Source: Candidatus Xenobia bacterium | GTDB lineage: Bacteria; Vulcanimicrobiota; Xenobia; Xenobiales; QWHO01 | Direction: 5' to 3' | Length of the DNA stretch: 64,000 nt | Assembly: GCA_045863235.1 (NCBI GenBank) | Contig: BTUM01000022.1 | Coordinates: forward strand, 1 to 64,000 | Made by a program: the position numbers and the translations under genes | Notes under the pieces: generated by a model | Seen by the model: only the letters and a program-made list of their open reading frames with translations | Database searches by the model: none | Told to the model about the DNA's origin: nothing | In this document: piece after piece, positions 53,253 through 62,558 of the stretch | How the letters are laid out: each line of letters opens with the position of its first letter | Numbering within the stretch: the stretch's first letter is position 1

Positions 53253-54524
53253 ATGGACCAGCCGCCCTATCGGCAGCGCGAGATCTACCTCCAGGGGGCT
53301 GGCGGCCGCAAGCCCCTGGTGCCGCTCGATTTCGAGGCCATGGAGCGGGCCTGCCAGAAGCGCCTCAGCCCCGAAGCCTTCGGCTACCTGGCCGGGGGGG
53401 CCGGGCGCGAGTCCACCATGCAGGTTAACCGTCAGGCCTTCGAGCGCTGGTGCATCCTGCCCACCATGCTCAAAGACGTCTCCCAGCGCGATCTCTCCGT
53501 GGAGTTGCTGGGCCGCAAGCTGCCGGCTCCCGTGCTGCTCTGCCCGGTCGGAGCGCTCGAGCTGGCTCACCCCCACGCCGACGCGGCCGTGGCCCGAGCC
53601 GCCCGCGGGTTGGGCCTGCCGATGATCTTCTCCAACCAGGCCTCGGTGCCCATGGAGGTGTGCGCCGCCGCCATGGGCGACAGCCCGCGCTGGTTCCAGC
53701 TTTACTGGAGCAAGTCCAACGAGCTGGTCGAGAGCCTGGTGCGCCGGGCCGAGCGCTGCGGCTGCGAGGCCATCGTGGTCTCGGTGGATACCCCTCTACT
53801 GGGCTGGCGCACCCGCGACCTGGAGAACGGCTACCTCCCCTTCCTGCGCGGCCGGGGGTTGTCGCAGTACTTCACCGATCCCGTTTTCCAGCGCCTGCTC
53901 GACGAGCCCGGGGCAGGTGCCCCCGACCCCGATTCACCCCGCCCGAAGGGCCTGGGCGTGCTCGAGCTGCTCTACCAGATCAACCGCAGCTACCCCGGCA
54001 GCTTCCTGCAGAACCTGCGCACGGACCGCCCGCTGCGGGCCGTACGCCAGTTCATCCGCATCTACTCGCGCACCACCTTGACCTGGAAAGACCTCGACTT
54101 CTTGCGGGGCATCACCAGGCTGCCCGTGCTGCTCAAGGGCATCCTGACGGTGGAGGACGCCCGGCGCGCCCTGGATCAGGGCCTGGATGGCATCATCGTA
54201 TCCAACCACGGAGGCCGTCAGGTAGACGGCTCCATCACCGCCCTGGACGCCCTCGACTCCATCTCGCAGGCCGTGGGCGACAAGCTCTTGCTGCTTTTCG
54301 ACAGCGGCATCCGCCACGGCGCCGACGTCTTCAAGGCCCTCTGCCTGGGGGCCCGGGCCGTCTGCCTGGGCCGTCCCTTCGTCTACGGGCTGGCCCTGGC
54401 GGGGGAGGAGGGGGTGCGCGAGGTGCTGGCCAACCTGCTGGCCGACTTCGAGCTGACCATGGCTTTATCGGGTTGCTGCAGCCCGGCCGAGCTGGGCCGT
54501 CAGCACCTGGTGGCCGCGCCCTGA
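53253..54524 (+). CDS. FMN alpha-hydroxy-acid oxidase (lactate 2-monooxygenase-like)
   Basis: YLAGGAG, WFQLY, LKGI, SNHGGRQ, DSGIR, GRP. Confidence 0.92.
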   Translation: MDQPPYRQREIYLQGAGGRKPLVPLDFEAMERACQKRLSPEAFGYLAGGAGRESTMQVNRQAFERWCILPTMLKDVSQRDLSVELLGRKLPAPVLLCPVGALELAHPHADAAVARAARGLGLPMIFSNQASVPMEVCAAAMGDSPRWFQLYWSKSNELVESLVRRAERCGCEAIVVSVDTPLLGWRTRDLENGYLPFLRGRGLSQYFTDPVFQRLLDEPGAGAPDPDSPRPKGLGVLELLYQINRSYPGSFLQNLRTDRPLRAVRQFIRIYSRTTLTWKDLDFLRGITRLPVLLKGILTVEDARRALDQGLDGIIVSNHGGRQVDGSITALDALDSISQAVGDKLLLLFDSGIRHGADVFKALCLGARAVCLGRPFVYGLALAGEEGVREVLANLLADFELTMALSGCCSPAELGRQHLVAAP

Positions 54525-55183
54525 ATCCGCTGGTCTGTCAGCCCATCGGCTTTCTGCGCAGTTGCTACTCGAGCAAGTACCAGGCGCCCAGCCAGCCCGA
54601 CGGGGGCGAGCAGGGCGTGGTGGAGCTGCGCCAGGACGACCCCCGTCTGCTGCTCGCGCTGCAAGACCTGGACGGCTTCAGCCGCATCTGGCTGATCTGG
54701 TGGTTTCACAAGAACCAGAGCTGGCGCGCCCGGGTGCTGCCCCCGCGGGGGCGAGGCGGCCGCAAGGGGCTGTTCGCCACCCGCTCGCCCCACCGTCCCT
54801 GCCCACTGGGACTGAGTGCCGTCCCCCTGCTCGGCATCGAGGGTCACCGCCTCTACCTGGGCGAGCACGACCTGCTCGAAGGCACTCCCATTCTCGACAT
54901 CAAGCCCTACATCCCGCGCTTTGACGCCTTTCCGGACGAGTCGAGCGGCTGGTTCGGAAGCTTGGACCTGACTCCCCGCTACCAGGTGCTCGCCTGCCCG
55001 GAGCTCGATCCAGAACTCTTCGAGCGGGCTCGGGCCATCCTGGAGGTGGACCCGATGCCTCACCGCACCCGGCGCATCCTGGCCCTGAAGGATGGTCGCT
55101 ACCGCCTTAGCTGCGGGGATCACCGGCTCTACTACCGGATCGAGGGGGAAACCGTGCGCATCCAGGAGGCCCGCCTCCGCTAA
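54521..55183 (+). CDS. tsaA: tRNA m6t6A37 methyltransferase TrmO/TsaA
   Basis: PIG, LDGFSRIWLIWWFH, GLFATRSPHRP, GTPILDIKPY; start appears to be CTG. Confidence 0.9.
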   Translation: MNPLVCQPIGFLRSCYSSKYQAPSQPDGGEQGVVELRQDDPRLLLALQDLDGFSRIWLIWWFHKNQSWRARVLPPRGRGGRKGLFATRSPHRPCPLGLSAVPLLGIEGHRLYLGEHDLLEGTPILDIKPYIPRFDAFPDESSGWFGSLDLTPRYQVLACPELDPELFERARAILEVDPMPHRTRRILALKDGRYRLSCGDHRLYYRIEGETVRIQEARLR

Positions 55184-55821
55184 GGCGAAGCCGCCACCGC
55201 CACCTCTTTGCCGGCCAGCGGCATGTAGCTGCGCGAGCTGGCGTCGAAGGCCAGCACCGTTCCGTCCTTGATGCGGTAGACCCAGGCGTGCAGGCGCAGA
55301 TCGCCCTTCTCCAGCCGCGAGGCCACCGCCGGGTGGGTGCGCAGATTGTCGAGCTGGCGCAGCACGTTGAGGCCGATGGTCTTGTCCAGCATCTCCTCTT
55401 TGGGCAGATCGCCATGGTTTTCGACGACCACGCGTCGCGTCGACTCGGCCTGGCTCAGCCAGCTGGCCACCGCCGGCAGGCTGGTCACGCTCTCGGGGGA
55501 GAGCAGGGCCTTCATGGCGCCGCAGTCGGAGTGCCCCAGCACCACGATGTCCTTCACCTTGAGCACGGCCACGGCGTATTCCAGCGTGGCCGCCTCCCCA
55601 CCGCCCTGACCGTAGGGGGGGATGATGTTGCCCGCGTTGCGCATCACGAAGAGCTCGCCAGGCCGGGCCTGCAAAAGCATGTCCGGGCTGATGCGCGAGT
55701 CCGAGCAGGTGATCAGCAGGGTGTCCGGGCTCTGGCCCGTGGCCAGGCGCGAGAACAGCTCGCGCTCGTTCTCGAAGACGCTGTTCTGGAAAGCAACCAG
55801 ACCGTTGAGAAGCTTCTGCAT
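55180..55821 (-). CDS. can: Beta-class carbonic anhydrase
   Basis: GQSP, CSDSR, RNAGN, GHSDCGAM. Confidence 0.95.
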   Translation of the reverse strand: MQKLLNGLVAFQNSVFENERELFSRLATGQSPDTLLITCSDSRISPDMLLQARPGELFVMRNAGNIIPPYGQGGGEAATLEYAVAVLKVKDIVVLGHSDCGAMKALLSPESVTSLPAVASWLSQAESTRRVVVENHGDLPKEEMLDKTIGLNVLRQLDNLRTHPAVASRLEKGDLRLHAWVYRIKDGTVLAFDASSRSYMPLAGKEVAVAASP

Positions 55822-55893
55822 GGTGTCCTGCCTTTAACTGATTGTATTCTGGTTCATCCTGACCGCCCCCGATGGCGGGAGCGTGACGAAGGG

Positions 55894-55910
55894 ATGAAGG
55901 TTTCGTGAAG
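55894..55910 (-). promoter_or_regulatory. OmpR-type direct repeat CTTCAC-N5-CTTCAT upstream of the carbonic anhydrase
   Basis: Plus strand ATGAAG 55894 and GTGAAG 55905. Confidence 0.45.
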
Positions 55911-55919
55911 AACCTGCCA

Positions 55920-55963
55920 GGCCCGGCCGAAAAGGGAGGTCCCATTCGCTTTTCGACCGGGCC
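55920..55963 (-). terminator. 15-bp stem-loop between sulP and can
   Basis: ggcccggccgaaaag/cttttcgaccgggcc; the single mismatch is a G-U pair on the minus strand; no U-tract. Confidence 0.55.
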
Positions 55964-56007
55964 GGGAGGTCTGAAGAGGTTTCCCGCGCCCTGACGGTGC
56001 TATGAAG

Positions 56008-57531
56008 TCAACTGGCCACCTGCAGGACGGGGCGCTTGAGGCGTGCCCGCGTTTCCAGCTCGGGCCATTCCACCACCAGGTTGCCGCCCAGCGAGCGCTG
56101 GCGGTCGTCCCACGAGCGCATCAGCTGGAGGCAGGCGTGGTCGAGGGTGGTGAGCTGGTCGAGGTAGACGTGCACGGTGGCCCCGTCGGGAATCTGGTCC
56201 AGCGCTTCAGCCAGGCGCGGCAGGGTCACGAAGGTGGCCGAGCCGGTCAAACGCAGCTCATACAGGTTGTGACTGAGCCGATTGAGCTCGGTCTCGAGGT
56301 AGCTCGAGCGGGCCAGCAGCTTGATGAGCGAGCAACCCATGCCGATCAGCACGCCGTGCAACAGGTCGGTGAACACGATGGAGATCAGGGTGATGAAGTA
56401 GATGGCCACCTCGCTCTTGCCGAAGCGGGCCAGGGCTTTGATGTTCTTGGGATTGACCAGCTTGTAGCCGGTGTAGACCAGGATAGCTGCCAGGGCGGCG
56501 GTGGGGATCAGGCGCAGCACGCCGGGAAAGACCGCTACCAGGGCCAGCATCCACACGCCGTGCAGAATGGCCGACCAGCGGGTGCGAGCTCCGGCCAGCA
56601 CGTTGGCCGAGCTGCGCACGATCACGCCGGTCATGGGCAGCCCGCCCACCAGTCCACACAGGGTGTTGCCCACTCCCTGAGCCATCAGCTCGCGGTCGTA
56701 GCGGGTTCGAGGGCCACTGTGCATCTGGTCCACCGCGGCCGCGCACAGCAGCGTCTCGGCGCTGGCGATGAAGGCCAGAGCCAGCGCTTCCAACCAGATC
56801 TCTTGACTGGTCAACAGGGTCCAGTGGGGGAAGACGAAGCTCTGGGTGAGGTTCGCAGGCACCTCCACGGTGCGCACGTCCAGTCCCAGGAGCGCGGCGG
56901 CCAGGGTGGCGACCACCACGGCGGCCAGGGGAGCGGGCACCGACCGGGAGAGGCCCTGGAATCGGTTCCAGACAACCAGAACCGCCAGCGTCAGCAGGCC
57001 GAGCATGGCGGCCAGGTGGTGGCTGGTCCCGTCCATGGGGAAGACCCCCTTGGAGATGGCTTCGGGGATGGAGGCCAGGTTGGCGAGTCCCGAGCCGCGC
57101 GGCTTGTCGTCCACCATGACGTGGAACTGGCTGGCGAAGATCAGCACTCCGATTCCCCCCAGCATTCCCCCGATCACCGAGGGTGAGACCGCCTGGAACC
57201 AGCGGCCCAGCTTCAGCAAGCCAGCCACCAGCTGGATCAGGCCAGCCAGCAAGACGATGAGAGCCAGGGCTCCGGTCCCGTGGCGATGGACCAGCTCCCA
57301 CACGATGACGGCGAGGCCAGCAGCCGGTCCGCTGACCTGCAGGGGGGAGCCGGCCAGGAATCCGACCACCAGTCCTCCGATGATGCCGGTAATCAGGCCG
57401 GCGGCCGGCGGGAGGCCGCTGGCGATGGCGATACCCAGACAGAGAGGCAGCGCCACCAGGAAGACGACCAGCGAGGCCAGATAGTCCTTGGGGTGCGGCC
57501 CTCGGGGGGCAGAAGAGCTCGAAAGTTGCAT
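56008..57531 (-). CDS. sulP: SulP family anion (bicarbonate) transporter
   Basis: VFLVALPLCLGIAIASG, QVSGPAAG, ELMAQGVGN, GVIVRSSAN, STAS-like tail. Confidence 0.95.
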   Translation of the reverse strand: MQLSSSSAPRGPHPKDYLASLVVFLVALPLCLGIAIASGLPPAAGLITGIIGGLVVGFLAGSPLQVSGPAAGLAVIVWELVHRHGTGALALIVLLAGLIQLVAGLLKLGRWFQAVSPSVIGGMLGGIGVLIFASQFHVMVDDKPRGSGLANLASIPEAISKGVFPMDGTSHHLAAMLGLLTLAVLVVWNRFQGLSRSVPAPLAAVVVATLAAALLGLDVRTVEVPANLTQSFVFPHWTLLTSQEIWLEALALAFIASAETLLCAAAVDQMHSGPRTRYDRELMAQGVGNTLCGLVGGLPMTGVIVRSSANVLAGARTRWSAILHGVWMLALVAVFPGVLRLIPTAALAAILVYTGYKLVNPKNIKALARFGKSEVAIYFITLISIVFTDLLHGVLIGMGCSLIKLLARSSYLETELNRLSHNLYELRLTGSATFVTLPRLAEALDQIPDGATVHVYLDQLTTLDHACLQLMRSWDDRQRSLGGNLVVEWPELETRARLKRPVLQVAS

Positions 57532-57581
57532 TGGTTCCGTCCTATATATCTTAATCTGTGCATACATCCTTACATATCGTC

Positions 57582-57620
57582 ATGAAAATGTTCTTCCGGG
57601 GAGATGAGAATCCGATGAAG
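57582..57620 (-). promoter_or_regulatory. OmpR-type direct repeats in 11-bp phase upstream of sulP
   Basis: Plus strand ATGAAA 57582, ATGAGA 57604, ATGAAG 57615. Confidence 0.5.
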
Positions 57621-57817
57621 AGCAAGGGAGAGGTTTGCCGGGGCGGCCGGAGCGTTGACGGGACGGCGCCGCTCCAGGTTCTGGCGGCCGGGTCGAGGGC
57701 CCGCAAGGCCTGCACCCGGCACGCCGGCGCCCCCCTGAAGCGCGCCGCGCCTTGACTCGAGCTCGGCCGGGCCGGCTCGACAAGGAACCTCCCGGGGGGA
57801 GTCAGAACACCTGAGCC

Positions 57818-58519
57818 GTGCCTGAACGTGACCGTGACCTGATCCTGCTGATCGAAGACGACCCCGCTGTGCTCTCCTCGGTGCGGCGCCGCCTGGCCTT
57901 CGAGGGCTACGGAGTGGAAACGGCCAGCGACGGTCTGGCGGGTTGCGAGCAGTTCGAGGCTTTGCAACCCGATCTGGTCATTCTCGACGTCGGGTTGCCG
58001 GGGATGGACGGCCTGCAAGTGGCCGAGTGGATCCGCGAGCGCTCCCAGGTCCCGATGCTGATGCTGACGGCCCGCGATCGGGTAGAGGACCGGGTGGCCG
58101 GGCTGCAGAGCGGGGCCGACGACTACCTGATCAAGCCCTTCGCCATCGAGGAGCTGCTGGCCCGGATGCGGGCCCTGTTGCGGCGGGCCTCCTGGGCTCC
58201 CTCGCAAGACCCCGAGGCGGTGCTCCGTTTCGAGGATCTGGTGCTCAACCAGGGGGCCATGACGGTGACTCGCAACGGCCAGCCCATCGCGCTCACGCCC
58301 CGAGAGTATCAGCTGCTCGAGCACTTCATGCGCCACCCGCGCCAGGTGCTCAGCCGCGAGGCTCTTTTCGAAGCGGTGTGGGGATTCGACCACATGGGCG
58401 AATCCAACATCGTGGATGTCAATGTCAAGAAGATCCGAGAGAAGACCGAGGCCGGGGGGGCCAGCCGTCTGATCCAGACAGTGCGAGGCTTCGGTTACGC
58501 CCTGCGCGAGCACCCGTGA
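57818..58519 (+). CDS. OmpR-family response regulator (MprA-like)
   Basis: IEDD, LDVGLPGMDG, GADDYLIKPF, LTPREYQLL, IQTVRGFGY. Confidence 0.95.
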   Translation: MPERDRDLILLIEDDPAVLSSVRRRLAFEGYGVETASDGLAGCEQFEALQPDLVILDVGLPGMDGLQVAEWIRERSQVPMLMLTARDRVEDRVAGLQSGADDYLIKPFAIEELLARMRALLRRASWAPSQDPEAVLRFEDLVLNQGAMTVTRNGQPIALTPREYQLLEHFMRHPRQVLSREALFEAVWGFDHMGESNIVDVNVKKIREKTEAGGASRLIQTVRGFGYALREHP

Positions 58520-59859
58520 CCCTGAGGCAGCGCCTCACCCTGGTGCTGGGACTGGTCTTGACGCTGGCCTTCGCGCTGGTCACCCTGGCCCACTACCGGG
58601 CTTTGCGCCAGGCTGTCGAGGCCGAGGTGGACGAGACGCTCGACCTGCGCGCTCAAGCGCTGGCCCGTGAAATTGGCTCTTTTGAGACGCCCCCGGGAAG
58701 TTACGACCCGGAGGTGTTCTTCCAGCTTGTGGACGCTCAGGGTCGGGTGCGGCTGGCCTCCTCCGGGCTCGAGCTCGAGCCCTTGCCTGCCGAGCCGGTC
58801 GGCACACCCTTCACCAGCCAGTTTCGAGGCACCCCGGTGCGGATGCTGGTGCGTCCCATCACCGTGCACGAAGGGCCAGGCTTCCTGAAGGTCGGCGAGT
58901 CGCTGCACCTGGCTCACGAAGGCTTGAAACGCTCGGTCACCGGGCTGCTCCTGGCCAGTCTGGTCGGGCTGATGCTGGCCCTGGCCTCCACCTGGGCGGT
59001 GCTGCGGCAGGGTCTGCGTCCTTTGAAGCGACTGGCCCAGGTGGCCCGGGAGATCCTGGACACGGGCGACTTCTCGCGCCGCGTGCCGGAGTCGAGCCCC
59101 CAGCAAGACGCGGTCGGTTCGGTGGCCCGCCTGCTCAATCGCCTTCTGGCCCGAGTTCAGGGCCTGCTCGAGAGCCAGCAGCGCCTGCTGGCCGACACCT
59201 CGCACGAGCTGCGAAATCCCCTCACGGTGATCCGCACCGACATCGACCTTCTGGCCCGAGAGCTCCCGAGCGACGTGCGCCAGGAGGTGGCCGAGGAGAT
59301 GGCCCGGGAGGTGGAGCGCATGACCCGCCTGGTGGAGGACCTGCTGGCTCTCAGCTGGGCCGACCAGAAGCTGCCCATGCGATCCGAGCCCGTACGGCTG
59401 GACGTGCTGGCTCAGGAGCTGGTGGAGCGCAGCCGGCGAAGCCATCCCGAGCGCAAGCTGGAGTTTCACAGCACGAGCGCGGTCTGTCTTCAGGGCGACC
59501 GTGAGCGCTTGCTGCAAGCTGCCTCCAACCTGGTCGAGAACGCCCTGCGCTATTCCCGGGGCGCAGTGCGCGTGCGCGTCTACGAGAAGCCTGGCTGGGC
59601 AGTCCTGGAGGTGGAGGACGAGGGTCCCGGCATTCCGCCCGAGCAGCAGGAGGCCATCTTCGAGCGCTTCGTGCGGCTCGACTCGAGTCGCAGTCGGGCC
59701 ACGGGCGGCACAGGGCTGGGCCTACCCATCGTGAAGGCACTGGTGGAGGCGCATGGGGGCAAAGTGCAACTCCACAGCAGCCCGGGCAAGGGCTCGCGCT
59801 TCAGCTTCCGGGTGCCGCTGGACGGAGTCTCCCCTCCGCGGAAGGAAAGTCATGCATAA
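58516..59859 (+). CDS. HAMP sensor histidine kinase
   Basis: Two TMs, SHELRNPL, NLVENA, DEGPGI, GTGLGL; GTGA overlap. Confidence 0.95.
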   Translation: MTLRQRLTLVLGLVLTLAFALVTLAHYRALRQAVEAEVDETLDLRAQALAREIGSFETPPGSYDPEVFFQLVDAQGRVRLASSGLELEPLPAEPVGTPFTSQFRGTPVRMLVRPITVHEGPGFLKVGESLHLAHEGLKRSVTGLLLASLVGLMLALASTWAVLRQGLRPLKRLAQVAREILDTGDFSRRVPESSPQQDAVGSVARLLNRLLARVQGLLESQQRLLADTSHELRNPLTVIRTDIDLLARELPSDVRQEVAEEMAREVERMTRLVEDLLALSWADQKLPMRSEPVRLDVLAQELVERSRRSHPERKLEFHSTSAVCLQGDRERLLQAASNLVENALRYSRGAVRVRVYEKPGWAVLEVEDEGPGIPPEQQEAIFERFVRLDSSRSRATGGTGLGLPIVKALVEAHGGKVQLHSSPGKGSRFSFRVPLDGVSPPRKESHA

Positions 59860-59877
59860 GTGCGAAATTAACTACTT

Positions 59878-60243
59878 ATGCCAGCCAGGAGGGTCGCGGC
59901 TCGCGAGCTTGCCAACCTGTTCGGGGTGCTCTCCAACCCCGACCGAATCCGTATCGTGGAAGAGCTGCGCCACGGCGAGAAGGATGTGGGCACCCTGCAG
60001 GCGCTGGTCGGCATCAGCCGCCCCCGCGTCTCCCAGCACCTGAGCCTGATGCGTGCCCACCGCCTGGTGGAGGAGCGACGCGACGGGCGCCACGTCTACT
60101 ACCATCTGTGCGTCGGGCGACTGGCCACGTGGGTGCTGGACGGGCTCGGTTTCGTGGAGAGCGAGCTGAAGGGCGGGCTGCGCGAGACTCTGGTCGAGGC
60201 GGCCCGTCAGTGGCGCGAGGAGGGTTCCGAGCGCCTCACTTGA
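59878..60243 (+). CDS. ArsR/SmtB family transcriptional regulator
   Basis: LFGVLSNPDRIRI, VSQHL, LVEERRDGRHVYY. Confidence 0.9.
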   Translation: MPARRVAARELANLFGVLSNPDRIRIVEELRHGEKDVGTLQALVGISRPRVSQHLSLMRAHRLVEERRDGRHVYYHLCVGRLATWVLDGLGFVESELKGGLRETLVEAARQWREEGSERLT

Positions 60244-61225
60244 GGACCACGATCTCGACCCGCCGGTTCAGCTGCCGTCCGGCCGGATCATCGCGTCCGT
60301 CCGCTCGCTGATTCTGAGCCACCGGATGGGTTTCTCCCAGGCCCACCACCTGGGCCTGCTCGGAGTCCCATCCCCCTTCGCTCTCCAGCCACTCGCGCAC
60401 CGCCTCGGCGCGGCGCTTGGACAGCTTCAGGTTGTAGGAGTCGCTGCCCTTGTCATCGGTGTGGCCTTCGATGCGGATTCTCTTGCCCGGATAGCGCTCG
60501 CTCAGTGACTCGGCGATCTGCGCCAGAGCCTGCTCGGCGCTGGGACGGATCTCTGCGCTGTCGAAGTCGAACAACACGTCCCCCGACACCGCGTAGACCA
60601 CCTTCTTGGGGCCCTCTTTCACCACCACGCCGGGGACATCGATCTCGGGCAACTCGATGGCGATCAGATCGGTATCCACCAGCACGGCCGCTCCCTGGAC
60701 GTCCACATCGACTCCCGGAACGTCGACGTCCACCCCGAGGTTTCCCTGCCCCAGGTCGACCCGGGCCCCGGGGACGTTCACCCCGATCCCGCCCTCGCCC
60801 AGGTTGACGCTGGTGCCGCCGGCATTGATGGACACGCCGCCCGGACCCGTTCGTACCCGGGCCGAGCCGCCCTGCACCTGCACCCCGTCCTGGTTGACCT
60901 GCACCCGGGCGCTATCGGCCCCGTCCCGGGCCCGGACCGAAACTCCGTCGGAGCCGGTGCGGACGTCGACCCGGTCGCCATCGGCGCCATCCTGGGCCCG
61001 GACGGAGACCCCGTCGGAGCCGGTTCGGACGTCGACCCGGTCGCCATCGGCGCCATCCCGAGCCTGGACGGAGACCCCGTCGGAGCCGGTTCGGACGTCG
61101 ACCCGGTCGCCATCGGCGCCATCCTGAGCCTGGACGGAGACCCCGTCAGAGCCGGTGGAGGCGGGCTGGGAGGCGCATCCTGTCGTCAGCAAGATGAGAG
61201 CCAGGAGGGCAGAGAGTGTCTTCAT
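60236..61225 (-). CDS. OmpA-family lipoprotein with N-terminal 22-aa repeats
   Basis: Lipobox LTTGC; VLFDFDS, IEGHTD, NLKLSKRRAEAV, NRRVEI. Confidence 0.92.
   Translation of the reverse strand: MKTLSALLALILLTTGCASQPASTGSDGVSVQAQDGADGDRVDVRTGSDGVSVQARDGADGDRVDVRTGSDGVSVRAQDGADGDRVDVRTGSDGVSVRARDGADSARVQVNQDGVQVQGGSARVRTGPGGVSINAGGTSVNLGEGGIGVNVPGARVDLGQGNLGVDVDVPGVDVDVQGAAVLVDTDLIAIELPEIDVPGVVVKEGPKKVVYAVSGDVLFDFDSAEIRPSAEQALAQIAESLSERYPGKRIRIEGHTDDKGSDSYNLKLSKRRAEAVREWLESEGGWDSEQAQVVGLGETHPVAQNQRADGRDDPAGRQLNRRVEIVVLK
60914..61156. repeat. 66-bp in-frame repeat, about 3.7 copies
   Basis: TGSDGVSVxAxDGADGDRVDVR units. Confidence 0.9.
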
Positions 61226-61281
61226 CCCGGAGAGTTACTCGCAGAACGGGCCCTGTCCTCTTGGGAAAGCTCCCCGCCCCT

Positions 61282-62436
61282 TCACCGGGCGGGAGGGCCG
61301 CAAAGCCCCGCCAGGCACTCCTCGAAGTCGCGCTGGAAGCGCTCCACCCCCAGCTCGCGCCCGGCCAGCTGAGCCTGTAGCTCTCGCTGCAGCTCCTGGC
61401 TGCGCAGCACCCGATCGATCTTCTCCACCGCCTCCCCCTCGTGGGCGTAGAGCAGGCGCTCATCGCGCAGAATCTCCACCTGGCCCCCGTCAGCCGGAGC
61501 AAAGGTGAGGCAGCCGGCCGAGACCAGCTCGGCCACCGCCATCCCGTAGTGCTCCTCGGTCATGCCGTGCAGGCCGTAGCGATGCTCGGTGGCCAGGGCC
61601 ACCAGCTCATCGCGGCTCAAGTCCTCAGCCAGCCGCACCCAGGGACCCTCCTGGCCGATTCTCTCCAGGATGCGCTCGCGGTAGGGGGCGTTGTCACGCG
61701 AGCCGGCCAGGGTCAGCTCCACCTCGTGGCCGCGCGCGCGCAGCCCGGCCACGATGGTGATCAGCTTCTCCCACTCTTTGGTGGGGCACTGGCGACCGAT
61801 GCTGAGAAAGGCGTTGCGGCGAGGTTGCCAGGGCACCTGCGGGAACTGGCCCAGGGCCGGGGGGTGCAGCACCCGGTAAGGATGAGGACCGTAGGTGCGC
61901 TGGAATAGCCTTCCGGTCCACTGCGAATTGACCAGGGTCAGGTTGCTCAGCATGCCCTCGCGACGATAGCCCGACATGCGCGTGCAAAGGAAATAATACA
62001 CGCGCAGCACGGCCCTCAGGGTTCGGCGGCTGTACCAGTCGGGATGACAGTCGGGGCGCGGGTGCGAGTTCCAGGGATAGTGCACGTACTGCACCGCCCG
62101 ACTGCCCAGATCCAGCTCGTTGTTGGCCGAGCAGACCAGGTCGTAGCCTGGTCCCAGGCGCCGGGCCAGAGCCATCAGGTAGTGCAACTTGAACAGCTCG
62201 TGGGGTACGCCCAGCCGCTCCATCCAGTAGGAGACCAGCGGCCGCCGGCACAGGCTCTTCAGCCCCGCCCCGGCCAGGCTGGTGCCGTAATAGGCGTCCA
62301 CCGCCCCCAGCTCGAGCGGCACCCAGCTCAGCACCGTGACTTCGGCCCGCTTGACCAGGCTCTGGATCATCCAGACCGCTACCCCGTTGCCACCCCCCGG
62401 TGGTTGCAGGGAGGGCTGCACGAACAGAACCCTCAC
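61282..62436 (-). CDS. Glycosyltransferase family 4
   Basis: GGG N-terminal motif, NSQWT, EHYGMAVAE, GGQVEI. Confidence 0.85.
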   Translation of the reverse strand: MRVLFVQPSLQPPGGGNGVAVWMIQSLVKRAEVTVLSWVPLELGAVDAYYGTSLAGAGLKSLCRRPLVSYWMERLGVPHELFKLHYLMALARRLGPGYDLVCSANNELDLGSRAVQYVHYPWNSHPRPDCHPDWYSRRTLRAVLRVYYFLCTRMSGYRREGMLSNLTLVNSQWTGRLFQRTYGPHPYRVLHPPALGQFPQVPWQPRRNAFLSIGRQCPTKEWEKLITIVAGLRARGHEVELTLAGSRDNAPYRERILERIGQEGPWVRLAEDLSRDELVALATEHRYGLHGMTEEHYGMAVAELVSAGCLTFAPADGGQVEILRDERLLYAHEGEAVEKIDRVLRSQELQRELQAQLAGRELGVERFQRDFEECLAGLCGPPAR

Positions 62437-62558
62437 AGTTCCCCGACCAGCTTCCCTCTTGACACGGGCGCCGAGCAGAGCCTCACCAGCAGCACGCTTT
62501 TGCGCATGGCGAGGAGTTCTGATTCGCGCTGCAGGTTCCTACGCCAGGAGCGCTTGCA

